This document shows, piece after piece, positions 50,052 through 59,867 of a stretch of DNA of 64,000 nt (position 1 is its first letter; each line of letters opens with the position of its first letter). This stretch comes from an uncultured Spirochaetota bacterium. Its GTDB lineage: Bacteria > Spirochaetota > Spirochaetia > SZUA-6 > Fen-1364. Under the pieces are notes generated by a model that searched no databases, was not told the DNA's origin, and was given only the letters and a program-made list of their open reading frames with translations. The position numbers and the translations under genes were made by a program. The stretch is from positions 460,280 through 524,279 of the forward strand of contig CAWJSK010000019.1 of the NCBI GenBank assembly GCA_963845535.1, in the 5' to 3' direction.

Positions 50052-51521
50052 ATGCCCAACCTGAAGGAGAAACTCGCGAGCATCATGGGCGCGCAGAACG
50101 TATCAGACGATGCAGCCGCCCTCCAGCGCTACGCCAGAGACGAGAGCTTCGTCGCGCCCATGCCGCCCGCTTTCGTGGTCAAGGCCGTGAGCGCGGACCA
50201 GGTCGAGCGGCTGGTCAAGCTCGCAAATGAGACGAAAACGACGCTCGTGCCGGTGAGCTCCGAGGCTCCGCACCATAAGGGCGACACGGTCCCCTCGGTC
50301 CCCGGATCCATCATCGTCGACATGAGCGGCATGAAGCGCATCCTGAATATCAACCGGCAGCAGCGCATGGCGGTTGTGGAGCCAGGAGTCACCTACGGAG
50401 AGCTCCAGAGGGCCCTCGCCCAGGAGGGAATGGAGCTCTCGATCCCGCTCGCGCCAAGGGCCGGGAAATCCGTCCTTGCCAGCGTGCTGGACATGGAGCC
50501 GAGGCTCAACTCGCTCCATCAATTCAATTTCGTTGATCCCCTGCGCTGCACGGAGGTCGTGTGGGGCGACGGAAACAGGATGTTCACCGGTGACGCCGGC
50601 ATGAGTCCGATGGATCTCGCCAGGCAGTGGAAGGCGGAGCGATGGCAGGTGAGCGGGACTGGGCCGATGATGCTGGACTTCTACCGGCTTCTCACCGGCT
50701 CCCAGGGAACCATGGGAATCGTGACGTGGGCCTCGCTGAAATGCGAGGTCAAGGCGTCCATCCGCAAGCTGTACATCGTGCCCGCGAATGCGATCGAGGA
50801 CCTGGTGGATTTCGTGTATCGCGTGATCCGCATGCGGTTTTCCGATGAGCTCATGATCATGAGCGGCAGCTATCTCGCGCTCCTGCTGGGGGAATCGGCG
50901 GAGGAGGCCGCGGAATTGATGCGCGAGCTGCCCCCGTGGTTGGCGCTGGTGGGCGTCGCCGGTTACGAGATACTTCCGGAGGAGCGCGTGCAAGCCAGGG
51001 AGGCGGACATCTCAGAGATTGCTCAACAATTCGGCCTCAAGATGCTTCCGGCGGTCCCGGGGGCCAAAGGAGACCGGATCCTGGCGCGCGTGCACGGCGC
51101 CGAGACCAGGGACCCTTGGAAAGGGATCTCCAAGGGGGCTTTTCAGGACATATTCTTCACGACCACGCTGGACAAGACGCCCCTCTTCATCGACGCGATG
51201 CTCAGCATCGCCCGGGAGACGGGATTCCCCGCGGGAGACATCGGCGTCTACCTCCAGCCCCAGAACATGGGCACGAGCTACCATTGCGAGTTCTGTCTAC
51301 CCTATAGCCCGGAGGACAGGCGCGAGGTTGAGACGGCGAGGAAGCTCTTCGCGCGGGCCAGCGAGGTCATGGCCTCCATGGGCGCTTACTACTTGCGGCC
51401 GCACGGCATGTGGGCCCGGCTCCAGTTGAACAAGGACGCTCAGTCCGCTGCGCTCCTGAAGCGCTTGAAGGGCGTTTTCGATCCGAACGACATCATGAAT
51501 ACCGGCAAGCTCGCGGTGTAG
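50052..51521 (+). CDS. FAD-binding oxidoreductase (VAO/PCMH, GlcD/E-like)
   Basis: VDMSGM..I, VVEPGVT, GSQGTMGIVT, LKGVFDPNDIMNTG. Confidence 0.88.
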   Translation: MPNLKEKLASIMGAQNVSDDAAALQRYARDESFVAPMPPAFVVKAVSADQVERLVKLANETKTTLVPVSSEAPHHKGDTVPSVPGSIIVDMSGMKRILNINRQQRMAVVEPGVTYGELQRALAQEGMELSIPLAPRAGKSVLASVLDMEPRLNSLHQFNFVDPLRCTEVVWGDGNRMFTGDAGMSPMDLARQWKAERWQVSGTGPMMLDFYRLLTGSQGTMGIVTWASLKCEVKASIRKLYIVPANAIEDLVDFVYRVIRMRFSDELMIMSGSYLALLLGESAEEAAELMRELPPWLALVGVAGYEILPEERVQAREADISEIAQQFGLKMLPAVPGAKGDRILARVHGAETRDPWKGISKGAFQDIFFTTTLDKTPLFIDAMLSIARETGFPAGDIGVYLQPQNMGTSYHCEFCLPYSPEDRREVETARKLFARASEVMASMGAYYLRPHGMWARLQLNKDAQSAALLKRLKGVFDPNDIMNTGKLAV

Positions 51522-51533
51522 GGGGTATTGGCT

Positions 51534-52808
51534 ATGGCGTTGGAAGAATATCGGCCGATGATGGAACGCTGCAGCAACTGCTTGAGCTGCAAATGGATCC
51601 CTTTTGACAAGGTCAAGAGCCAGCGATTCGGGGAGAACTGCCCGAGCGTCTGCTATTACAACTTCAATACCTACTCGGTGCGCGGCCGCTTTCAGCTCGG
51701 ACTGGCCCTTCTGACGAAGGACGCCGAGCTCAGCGACACGGTGACAAAGGCGATCCATAGCTGTACGACCTGCGGCTCCTGCGACGTTGCATGCAAGGTC
51801 ACGCGGTACAACCTGGAGCCCTTCGAGTACAACCTCGAGCTCAAAGCTCACGCCGTGGAAAAGGGCAGGACCCGGCGCGGGCAGAAGGAGATGATCCAGA
51901 GTCTGGGTAAGGAGAAGACCCTGATCCCCGGAAAGCAGCGAGCCTCACGCACGGCGTGGGCGGATGGGCTTGGTCTGGTGGACCTGACAAAGGGGAAGGC
52001 CGACGTGATGTTCTTCGCCGGCTGCAAGGCCAGCTACGACGAAGAGCTCAGGAAAATCGCGCGTTCGTCGACAGGGATCCTGCGGCGCGCCGGCGTGAAA
52101 GTAGGATTCCTTGCCGCGGCCGAGATGTGCTGCGCCGTCAGGGCGGAGCAGATGGGGTTCCGTGATGAGTTCGAGAAGAACGCCCGCGCGAACATCAAGC
52201 TGTTCGCGGACGCCGGGATCAAGACCATCGTAACGCCCTGCTCCGACTGCTACCAGGCCTTCAAGCGGCGTTACGCGAGGCTGGGACTCCAGGTCGAGGT
52301 CTACCACGTCGTGGAGTACATCGAGAAGTTGATCGACCAGGGCGCTTTGAAGTTCACGACTCCCGTGCCAATGACGGTGACCTACCACGACCCCTGCCAT
52401 CTGGGCAGGCTCGGCGAGCCCTACGTCCCGTGGAAGGGGACTGAGAAGAAGATTCTCAACCAGGTGCACACGTGGGAGCCTCGGCGGCCCCGCTACAACG
52501 GGTCCAAAGGCGTCTACGACGCCCCCCGGAACGTCCTGCGCAGCCTGCCCGGCCTCGCGCTGGTTGAGATGGAGCGCATCCGCGAGTATTCGTGGTGCTG
52601 CGGTGCGGGCGGCGGATGCGGAGAGACCGACCCGGAGTTCTCCCGCTGGACCGCCTCCGAGCGGGTAACGGAAGCGAACGCGACCGGGGCCCAGGCCATC
52701 GTGACTGCCTGCCCATGGTGCGAAGCCAATTTCCGCGGGACACCAGACGAGAACGGGAGGACGATCGAGGTCCTCGACATCGTCGAATTGGTCGAACGAG
52801 CATTATAA
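51534..52808 (+). CDS. Fe-S/CCG-domain protein (GlcF/GlpC-like)
   Basis: CSNCLSC..CP, CTTCGSC..C, FAGC, MCCA, TPC..C, YHDPCHLGR, WCCG, TACPWC. Confidence 0.9.
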   Translation: MALEEYRPMMERCSNCLSCKWIPFDKVKSQRFGENCPSVCYYNFNTYSVRGRFQLGLALLTKDAELSDTVTKAIHSCTTCGSCDVACKVTRYNLEPFEYNLELKAHAVEKGRTRRGQKEMIQSLGKEKTLIPGKQRASRTAWADGLGLVDLTKGKADVMFFAGCKASYDEELRKIARSSTGILRRAGVKVGFLAAAEMCCAVRAEQMGFRDEFEKNARANIKLFADAGIKTIVTPCSDCYQAFKRRYARLGLQVEVYHVVEYIEKLIDQGALKFTTPVPMTVTYHDPCHLGRLGEPYVPWKGTEKKILNQVHTWEPRRPRYNGSKGVYDAPRNVLRSLPGLALVEMERIREYSWCCGAGGGCGETDPEFSRWTASERVTEANATGAQAIVTACPWCEANFRGTPDENGRTIEVLDIVELVERAL

Positions 52809-52820
52809 GGAAGGAAAACC

Positions 52821-54485
52821 ATGGCACTATCGCGAGAGATATATGCCGCCCTGGAGGCCATCGTTGGGGCCCGAAACATATCGGAAGACCTCGGCGTTCT
52901 GGAGACCTACCGCTGCGCCGCGGCGCAATCTTCGGCCCATTACGGACCCTACGACCACAAGACCCCTCGGCCGCAGGCAGTGCTTCTTCCCGGCAGCACG
53001 GAGGAAGTACGAGGGATCGTCCGGATCTGCAACCAGCACGGAATCAAGTTCAAGGCTTCCTCCACCTTCTGGGCCGCGATGGGATTCATCGACGACGACT
53101 ACGCGGTCCAGTTGGACATGAGGCGGATGCGCAGGATCGAGATCGACGACAAGAACATGATCGCGATTATCGAGCCATATGCCGTTGGCGCGGTGGTCCA
53201 GGCAGAGGCAATGAAAGTTGGCCTGACGATGAACATGCCCGGCGTCGGCTGCAGCAGCTCGCCCCTGGCGAGCACCGCGGGCTGGGTCGGCTTCGGCCCT
53301 ACCTCCATCTCGATGGGATGCGCGAGTGAGAACATGCTTGGCGCCGAGTGGGTGCTGGCGAGCGGAGAGCTGCTCAGGACCGGGTCCCTCGGGGCCGGGT
53401 CAGGGTGGTTCTGCGGCGAGGGGCCTGGCCCGGGTACCCGCGCGGTGCTTCGAGGGTTCCAGGGAAGCACGGGCTCCCTGGGGGTCTGCACCCATATCGC
53501 CATTCGGCTTCATCCCTGGCCGGGCCCGACCTCCATCCCGTCACGCGGGGACGTCCCCGCTTACAAGGCTGACCTCCCCGACAATTTCAAGTGCTATACC
53601 CTCTGCTTCAAGACATGGGACGGCTACGCTCAGGGGATATCGCTCCTCCACGAGAACGACATCCTTTTCCTGGGGCATCGGCAGTTCAACATGTTTGGCC
53701 GCGACTTGAAGACCGCCATGCTGAAGATCCTCACGGATCCCGACGGGCAGCTCTGCGACATCCCCGCGCTGGTGAGCGATCCAGAGCTCACGAAGGCGAA
53801 CGAGGACATGAAGATCGATATCCAGGTGATCATCGCGGGAGAGACAAAGCGCGACACCGAGTACAAAGACAAGGCCCTGGACAAGATCCTGGAGCTCTCA
53901 GGCGGCTGGAAGTCGGCGTTCATGCTCGACAAGGACATGGTCGACTACGTCCTCCTGTATATGATCCGCATGGGCCACAAGAACCTGAACTACGTCTACT
54001 GCGGCGGGTATGAGGGCAACTTCGGACTGTCCTCGAACCTGTTCGTGAGCGCTCGGGTGATGGAGGAGGCCTCCGCCCTCAAACGGAAGTGGGAGAAGGA
54101 GACAAATGTCATCGCAGCGACGGGCGGCGACTCCGACATGGGGAGCATCTGCATTATCGGCGGCGGTGGGCCGACGGGCTGGGAGTTCTTTACGCATTTC
54201 GACTCCTACGACAAGCCGACGATCAAGGGAACGGCGGATTTCTTCAACGACTCGCAGCGCTGGATGACCGAGAAAGGGCTGGGGGTCGACATGGGGCATT
54301 GGAACCAGGACGCCCGGCACGAGGATGGCCACGGCTTCACGCAGGAGGAGCATGACACGATGTTCGCCAAGCTGCCTCAACCGCTTGTGACGGCCTACCA
54401 ATACAAGGTCCGGGACGTGGTCAACCCCAAGCACCTCTGCGGGAGCTACTATCGGACGCTCACGCCCAGCAAGATTGGCGCCTAG
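52821..54485 (+). CDS. FAD-binding oxidoreductase (VAO/PCMH superfamily)
   Basis: LLPGSTEEV, LDMRRM, IEPY, EWVL..GELLRTGS, GPGP. Confidence 0.85.
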   Translation: MALSREIYAALEAIVGARNISEDLGVLETYRCAAAQSSAHYGPYDHKTPRPQAVLLPGSTEEVRGIVRICNQHGIKFKASSTFWAAMGFIDDDYAVQLDMRRMRRIEIDDKNMIAIIEPYAVGAVVQAEAMKVGLTMNMPGVGCSSSPLASTAGWVGFGPTSISMGCASENMLGAEWVLASGELLRTGSLGAGSGWFCGEGPGPGTRAVLRGFQGSTGSLGVCTHIAIRLHPWPGPTSIPSRGDVPAYKADLPDNFKCYTLCFKTWDGYAQGISLLHENDILFLGHRQFNMFGRDLKTAMLKILTDPDGQLCDIPALVSDPELTKANEDMKIDIQVIIAGETKRDTEYKDKALDKILELSGGWKSAFMLDKDMVDYVLLYMIRMGHKNLNYVYCGGYEGNFGLSSNLFVSARVMEEASALKRKWEKETNVIAATGGDSDMGSICIIGGGGPTGWEFFTHFDSYDKPTIKGTADFFNDSQRWMTEKGLGVDMGHWNQDARHEDGHGFTQEEHDTMFAKLPQPLVTAYQYKVRDVVNPKHLCGSYYRTLTPSKIGA

Positions 54486-54582
54486 GGAAAGGTGATCCGG
54501 CGGCACGATCACAGAAATTGAGCCGAAGGTGCCGCGTGTGCAGGGAGAAGTCTTCGCCTTCTTGATTTGAAGTGTCCAGTCC

Positions 54583-54668
54583 TGCCGGAGACGGGGGTCG
54601 AACCCGTATGCCCCTTGCGAGGCAGGGGATTTTAAGTCCCCTGTGTCTGCCAGTTCCACCACTCCGGC
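54583..54668 (-). tRNA. tRNA-Leu (anticodon UAA), CCA not encoded
   Basis: Acceptor stem GCCGGAG/CTCCGGC+A, D-loop GGAACTGGCAGAC, anticodon arm GGGGA-CTTAAAA-TCCCC, long variable arm, GGTTCGAC. Confidence 0.97.
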
Positions 54669-54749
54669 TTTGCCAAAAACTTTACCGTTTCGCCGTCAGC
54701 CGAGTCAAGACAATCAGGTGCGAAGCCGAACATAGATTGAGGATTTTCC

Positions 54750-55595
54750 ATGCCACGAAAAGCGATGCGTTCGCTCTCGTTCATATTCTTCCTTCTTATG
54801 GCGATCAGCCTCGCGGCAGGGGAAAGCTCGTACACGATCAGGGAGGGCGAAACGCTTTTTTCAGTGGCAAAGCGGGTGCAGATACCGGTTGACGTCTTGT
54901 CCGCCTACAATGGCATCGACAACGCATCCCGCCTGAAGGCCGGAAGCGTGATCAGGTTTCCCTCGCCCTACGTCGTGAAAAGGGGAGACACGCTCTTCGC
55001 GATCTCCCGGTCGTTCGGAGTGCCGATGGCGAAGCTGCTCGATCTGAACGGGTTGAACGAACGCAGCAAGATCAAGGTCGGCCTGAAGGTCTTTATCCCG
55101 CTCGATCACGCCGCCGGCTTCACCGCTTCGGAGCCGGTGGATTCGGTCTCCGCCCGACTCCCCCCGCAGGACAACGTCGGGAAGACTCCGACGTCCGCGG
55201 ACACGCTGTCACAGACCGCCTCTTCCGGGGAGGTCATGTGGCCTCACACGGGCCGTCATGAGCCGCTGCGGGGCAAGATATCGGGCCTTGTTTTCTTTGG
55301 ATCGGAAGGAGATCCGATCCACTCAGCAACAAGCGGGGAGGTGAAGTGGGTCGGTCCTTACTGGGGCTGGGGGAAGACCGTCATCATCAAGTCAAGCGAT
55401 GGCGACCTCATCCTCTACGCGGGGAACGAGCAGCTCCTGGTGAACGTCGGAGACCGCGTGAGTCCAGGGACGGAGATAGCGCGGCTGGGAGTGAGCCCTC
55501 AGGGCGGGGGCGCAAAGCTTTACTTCAGCATTCAAGGAGCAAACGGACAGTTTGTCGATCCGGAGAAGTTTTTCTCCGACAAGAGCCACGCATAG
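54750..55595 (+). CDS. 2xLysM plus degenerate M23 domain protein (NlpD-like)
   Basis: YTIREGETL and YVVKRGDTL LysM repeats; M23 fold lacking HxxxD/HxH. Confidence 0.85.
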   Translation: MPRKAMRSLSFIFFLLMAISLAAGESSYTIREGETLFSVAKRVQIPVDVLSAYNGIDNASRLKAGSVIRFPSPYVVKRGDTLFAISRSFGVPMAKLLDLNGLNERSKIKVGLKVFIPLDHAAGFTASEPVDSVSARLPPQDNVGKTPTSADTLSQTASSGEVMWPHTGRHEPLRGKISGLVFFGSEGDPIHSATSGEVKWVGPYWGWGKTVIIKSSDGDLILYAGNEQLLVNVGDRVSPGTEIARLGVSPQGGGAKLYFSIQGANGQFVDPEKFFSDKSHA

Positions 55596-55610
55596 AATAA
55601 GAGGGTGTAT

Positions 55611-56714
55611 ATGGGAAGGCACCTTGAAAAAGGCCAGGGAGGACCGCAGACCCGCGTCGGCGCCGCAGTGCAATTGCAGGCCGCCGTGGGACTGCTTTCC
55701 AGCGCGCACGCAGAAACGCGCGGGACGCGGCGTCAGGAGGAACGAGCGCGGGCGGTGGAACCGCGCGCCGCGCCGAGGCGCGAGGCTCCGCAGGAGAGAG
55801 ATCTCCTTGCGCTGTACATCAGGCAGATCGCGAGCTATCCGCTTCTTACCGCACAGGACGAGCAGGAGATTGGCGGCTCCATCCACAGGGCCAAAGAGGA
55901 GCTTGCGGGGCTGGAAAAGAAGGCCGCAGCGTGCCGCGTATCACGCAAAGCGTACCTTCGCCGCAAGGCGGAGTTGGAGCACGAGATCAGCATATCGAAG
56001 AACCGCCTGATCCTGGGCAACCTGCGCCTTGTCGTGTCCGTGGCGAAGAAGTACCAGCACAGGGGCGTGTCCCTCCTTGATCTCGTGGACGAGGGGAACA
56101 TTGGCCTCATCGAGGCCGTCGAACGCTTCGACTACCGCAAAGGGTGCCGGTTCTCAACATACGGAACGTGGTGGATCAAACAGGCCGTCATCAAGGCGCT
56201 GGCGGAAAACGGCAAGGCCATCAAGATCCCCATCCATCTTCTCAATACTATCAAGAAGTGTTTCTCCATTGCCCGCCAGCTCACCCAGGAGCTTGGGCGC
56301 GAGCCCAGCAACGAGGAGATTGCCGACTACCTCCGTATCCCGAAGTCCCGCGTGGAGGAGCTCATCAGCCTTTCCTGGGACCCGACGTCGCTCGATTCTC
56401 CCGTTGCCGGGGAAAATCCGACCAAGCTCTCGGACCTCATCCGGGACGAGGCCTCGGAAAAGCCCTTCGAGTCGGCTTTTGCGCTGGCGCTCCAGGACAC
56501 CCTGGCCATGGTTCTCGACAAGCTCAACGAGCGTGAAATGCGCATCATCAAGCTGCGCTTCGGCCTTGACGGCGAGGGGCCTTTCACCCTCGAGGAGACG
56601 GGCAAGATCCTCGGAATCACGCGGGAAAGGGTCCGGCAGATCCAGGAGCGGGCGCTCGTGAAGTTGAAGCAGCTCAGGCTGTCGAACGAGCTGGAAGCCT
56701 TCATCCAGGGATGA
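55611..56714 (+). CDS. RpoD/RpoS-family sigma factor lacking region 1.1
   Basis: LYIRQI..YPLLT, NLRLVVSVAKKY, DEGNIGLIEAVERFD, FSTYGTWWI, TRERVRQIQ. Confidence 0.92.
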   Translation: MGRHLEKGQGGPQTRVGAAVQLQAAVGLLSSAHAETRGTRRQEERARAVEPRAAPRREAPQERDLLALYIRQIASYPLLTAQDEQEIGGSIHRAKEELAGLEKKAAACRVSRKAYLRRKAELEHEISISKNRLILGNLRLVVSVAKKYQHRGVSLLDLVDEGNIGLIEAVERFDYRKGCRFSTYGTWWIKQAVIKALAENGKAIKIPIHLLNTIKKCFSIARQLTQELGREPSNEEIADYLRIPKSRVEELISLSWDPTSLDSPVAGENPTKLSDLIRDEASEKPFESAFALALQDTLAMVLDKLNEREMRIIKLRFGLDGEGPFTLEETGKILGITRERVRQIQERALVKLKQLRLSNELEAFIQG

Positions 56715-56730
56715 GCTCTCAGCGGAAACC

Positions 56731-56759
56731 TTGACATGAGGATGCGCCAATTCTACAAT
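56731..56759 (+). promoter_or_regulatory. Sigma70 promoter of the amidohydrolase-cNMP operon
   Basis: TTGACA-17 bp-TACAAT. Confidence 0.75.
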
Positions 56760-56785
56760 AGGACAGAATTTACGAAGGAAGATGC

Positions 56786-58021
56786 ATGCTCACCACCTAC
56801 TCGTTGAGTGGTCTTACCGTTGTCACGCCTGACACCGCCACCGCCGGCACGAGTATCCAGGTTGACCAGAAAAAGCTCGGTCGACTCGGAGGCAAATGCA
56901 AGTTCGAGCTGCATTTCGGTGACGGGTATGCGGCGTTTCCAGCCCTCATCAACATCCACGACCATTTCAACGGGAATTACCTTCCCAAGGTAGGGCCGGC
57001 GCCCGGAGAGTTCTACGTCAAATGGCTCGACTGGGAAAAGGACCTTCGCAACTCGGAGGTCGTCAAAGTGGAACGGGCAAAAACGAGCACCGAAGAGCGC
57101 TATTTCCTCAGCGCGTACAAAAACCTGTTCTCCGGGGTGGTCACGGCGAATGATCACTTCCCGCACGAATGGAACGAGCCGTTCATCCCCCGCCTGCCCA
57201 TCCGCGTCATCCGCAACTACACCCTTGCGCACGAAAGCTCCTCCTATGACTTGAAGTGGGGGGAGGGAATCGAGATCGAGCACGCGCGCGCTCTCAAGAA
57301 CAATTTTCCTTTCATCACTCATTTGGAGGAAGGGTTCGACGAGGAATCCCAGCGCGGCATCGACATCCTGGAAGAGCTGGGCTGCCTGGATGACCACACG
57401 GTGCTCATCCACTGCATTGGTTTCTCGGATGACGACATCCAGAAAACGCGAAAAGCCGGGGCCCACGTGGCCTGGTGCCCGGCCTCGAATGTGTTCATGT
57501 TCAACGTCACCATGAAGATCCGCAAGATGCTGGAGGCAGGGATCAACGTCGCGCTGGGGACGGACTCAACCGCCACCGGCTCGGTCAACATCCTTGACGA
57601 AATGAGGTTTGCCCGGGACATCTACCGCAAGATGTACGGTGAGGACCTTGCGGCGCGGACCGTCGTGAACATGGTGACCGCCAACCCTGCAAAGGCTCTT
57701 CGCATGCAGAAAGAGACGGGCAACCTGTCGGAAGGGAAGCTTGCGGACGTGCTCGTCATGCGTCAGCGCAAGGATGATCCGTGGGAGTCCCTTGTCGCAA
57801 TGCGAATCGAGGACATCGAGCTGTTGATCCAGGAAGGGGCTCCAATCTATGGAGACGCCCGCCATGAGGAGCTCTTCACGGCGCGCGGCGTGCAGTACAC
57901 GGCTGTGGGAGTGAAAGGACGCCAGATGCTGGTGAAGGGAGACCCGGCAGGCCTGATGGAGAGGGTACGGAAGGCAGTAGGATTCCGCAAGGTCCTTGAC
58001 TTCATCCCTCTGGACACCTAG
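56786..58021 (+). CDS. Amidohydrolase superfamily, deaminase-type (HxH, HxxE, H, D)
   Basis: INIHDH, THLEEG, IHCIG, WCPASN, LGTDS. Confidence 0.88.
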   Translation: MLTTYSLSGLTVVTPDTATAGTSIQVDQKKLGRLGGKCKFELHFGDGYAAFPALINIHDHFNGNYLPKVGPAPGEFYVKWLDWEKDLRNSEVVKVERAKTSTEERYFLSAYKNLFSGVVTANDHFPHEWNEPFIPRLPIRVIRNYTLAHESSSYDLKWGEGIEIEHARALKNNFPFITHLEEGFDEESQRGIDILEELGCLDDHTVLIHCIGFSDDDIQKTRKAGAHVAWCPASNVFMFNVTMKIRKMLEAGINVALGTDSTATGSVNILDEMRFARDIYRKMYGEDLAARTVVNMVTANPAKALRMQKETGNLSEGKLADVLVMRQRKDDPWESLVAMRIEDIELLIQEGAPIYGDARHEELFTARGVQYTAVGVKGRQMLVKGDPAGLMERVRKAVGFRKVLDFIPLDT

Positions 58022-58044
58022 CCTACTCTACCAGGTAACGGCGG

Positions 58045-59091
58045 ATGCCCAAGGCAGTTCAGTACAGAGCAAACTCCATCATCTACTTCAAGGGAGACCA
58101 GAGCGAGCGCATCTTTCTGCTCAACGCTGGAAAGATCAGCCTGAGCTACGTGGACATCGAGAGTGGGCAGGAGATCCGGGACCTCATCAAGACAGGTGAG
58201 TTCTTCGGCGTCAAATCAGCGCTGGGGCGCTACATCCGGGAGGAGACGGCAATCGTCCTCCAGGACTCCACCGTGATGGTCTTCTCCGTTCCCGAGTTCG
58301 AGGTGCTGGCAACCAAGAACACACGCATCATCACGAAGATGCTGAAGGTCTTCTCCAACCAGCTCCGGCGCATCCACAAGCAGGTCCAGACTCTCCTCGT
58401 GAGTGATGAGCAAGTCAATCCCGAAACGGGCCTTTACAAAATCGGGGAATACTACATGAAGAACAAGCGCTACGCCCAGGCGCTCCACGCCTACAAGCGC
58501 TACCTCGTGTACTACCCCTCGGGCGCATTTGCAACGGACGTGACGAGCAAGATCGTGGCGGCAGAGGAGTTCCTTTCCCGCTACGGTTCGGGAGAGCCTC
58601 CCGCTTCCGCTCCCGGGGCAACGCCGGCGGCTGCCGCCGCCGCGGCGGGACTCAGCCCGTCGGTGGCTTCCGCTTCCGCGGCCGCCCCGGCGGCGGAAGC
58701 CTCGGACCTGGCCCAGCAGTACTACAACGCCGTCAGCCTCGTGAGCCAGGAAAAATACATGGAGGCATTCAAGGCGTTCAAGAGGATCATCGATGGAGGG
58801 GCGGACGCGGAATACTCGACCAAGGCGGAGTTCGAGATGGCCAAGTGCCTCTTCTACCTCAAGCAGTTCGACTCCTGCATCAAATCGTTCACGGCAATCG
58901 TGCAGAAGTTCCCCAAGCATCCGGAGATGAAGGACGCCCTCTTCTTTGTGGCGCGCTCCTATGAGGAAAAGGGAGACGCGGCAAAAGCAGGGGGGCTCTT
59001 CAAGAAGATCCTGACCATGGGAACAGATGAGGATCCGGTCATTCGGAAAGTGAAGAAGGCGCTGCGGGCGCTCCAAGGGGGAACGGCGTGA
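58045..59091 (+). CDS. cNMP-binding domain plus TPR protein
   Basis: IYFKGD, GEFFGVKSALG..REETA; TPR repeats around an Ala/Pro-rich linker. Confidence 0.85.
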   Translation: MPKAVQYRANSIIYFKGDQSERIFLLNAGKISLSYVDIESGQEIRDLIKTGEFFGVKSALGRYIREETAIVLQDSTVMVFSVPEFEVLATKNTRIITKMLKVFSNQLRRIHKQVQTLLVSDEQVNPETGLYKIGEYYMKNKRYAQALHAYKRYLVYYPSGAFATDVTSKIVAAEEFLSRYGSGEPPASAPGATPAAAAAAAGLSPSVASASAAAPAAEASDLAQQYYNAVSLVSQEKYMEAFKAFKRIIDGGADAEYSTKAEFEMAKCLFYLKQFDSCIKSFTAIVQKFPKHPEMKDALFFVARSYEEKGDAAKAGGLFKKILTMGTDEDPVIRKVKKALRALQGGTA

Positions 59092-59750
59092 GTCCGGCCG
59101 CGGCAGGTCCAGATCTTTCCATGTTCAACCGCTTCATGGTCACCTTCCGCAAAGGGGACATCATTTTCTGCGAATACGAACCGGGGGATACGTTCTATCT
59201 CCTGCAGTCCGGGCGGGTGCAGATCGTGCGGATCATCGGGGACCTGGAAAAGAACATCGACATTCTCTATCCCGGCGAAGTGTTCGGCGAGATGGCCATC
59301 CTGGAGGAAGCACCGCGGTCCGCCACGACCATAGCCCTTGATGAGGTGAAGGCGCTGGAGTTCAACCGGGAAAACTTCGAAGTTCTCATGATGGGAAACC
59401 CGCAGATCGCCATGAAGCTCTTGAAGCTTTTCATCAAGCGGATCTATGACCAGAAGCGGCGGTTCATGATCCTGACCCTCGAAGACGTGGAAGCCAAAGT
59501 GGCGGATGTCTTCCTTATGCTCGCCGAAAACCAGTCCATGGACACCTCGACGGGAGAGTCAATCGAGTTCAAGAGCACCGTTGACGACATGTCGCATTGG
59601 GCGGGAATACCGCCCGGCCAGTGCCGGGAGGTCCTCAACCACTTCGTGGCCCAGAGACGGATCGAGCTTCACCCGGACAAGATTGTGGTAAAGAACATCA
59701 ACGATTTCGCGCGGTTTGTCGCGTCCCGCCGCAAGCACCAGGAGAAATAG
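59088..59750 (+). CDS. Crp/Fnr-family cNMP-binding regulator
   Basis: IFCEYEPGDTFY, GEVFGEMAILEEAPRSAT, C-terminal HTH-like region. Confidence 0.9.
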   Translation: MSPAAAGPDLSMFNRFMVTFRKGDIIFCEYEPGDTFYLLQSGRVQIVRIIGDLEKNIDILYPGEVFGEMAILEEAPRSATTIALDEVKALEFNRENFEVLMMGNPQIAMKLLKLFIKRIYDQKRRFMILTLEDVEAKVADVFLMLAENQSMDTSTGESIEFKSTVDDMSHWAGIPPGQCREVLNHFVAQRRIELHPDKIVVKNINDFARFVASRRKHQEK

Positions 59751-59778
59751 GGCGTCAGCGCAGCCTGCTCGCGTCAGT

Positions 59779-59863
59779 CTGCGGCCTGTGCGCGCCGGCC
59801 TGCGGCCTGTGCGCGCCGGCCTGCGGCCTGTGCGCGCCGGCCTGCGGCCTGTGCGGCGCCGGC
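59779..59863. repeat. 21-bp GC-rich tandem repeat, 4 units
   Basis: CTGCGGCCTGTGCGCGCCGGC x3 exact plus a fourth unit with one inserted G. Confidence 0.95.
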
Positions 59864-59867
59864 CCCG

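Noticed and set aside
59779..59863. Possible CRISPR array
   Set aside because: Units are contiguous with no spacers; no cas genes
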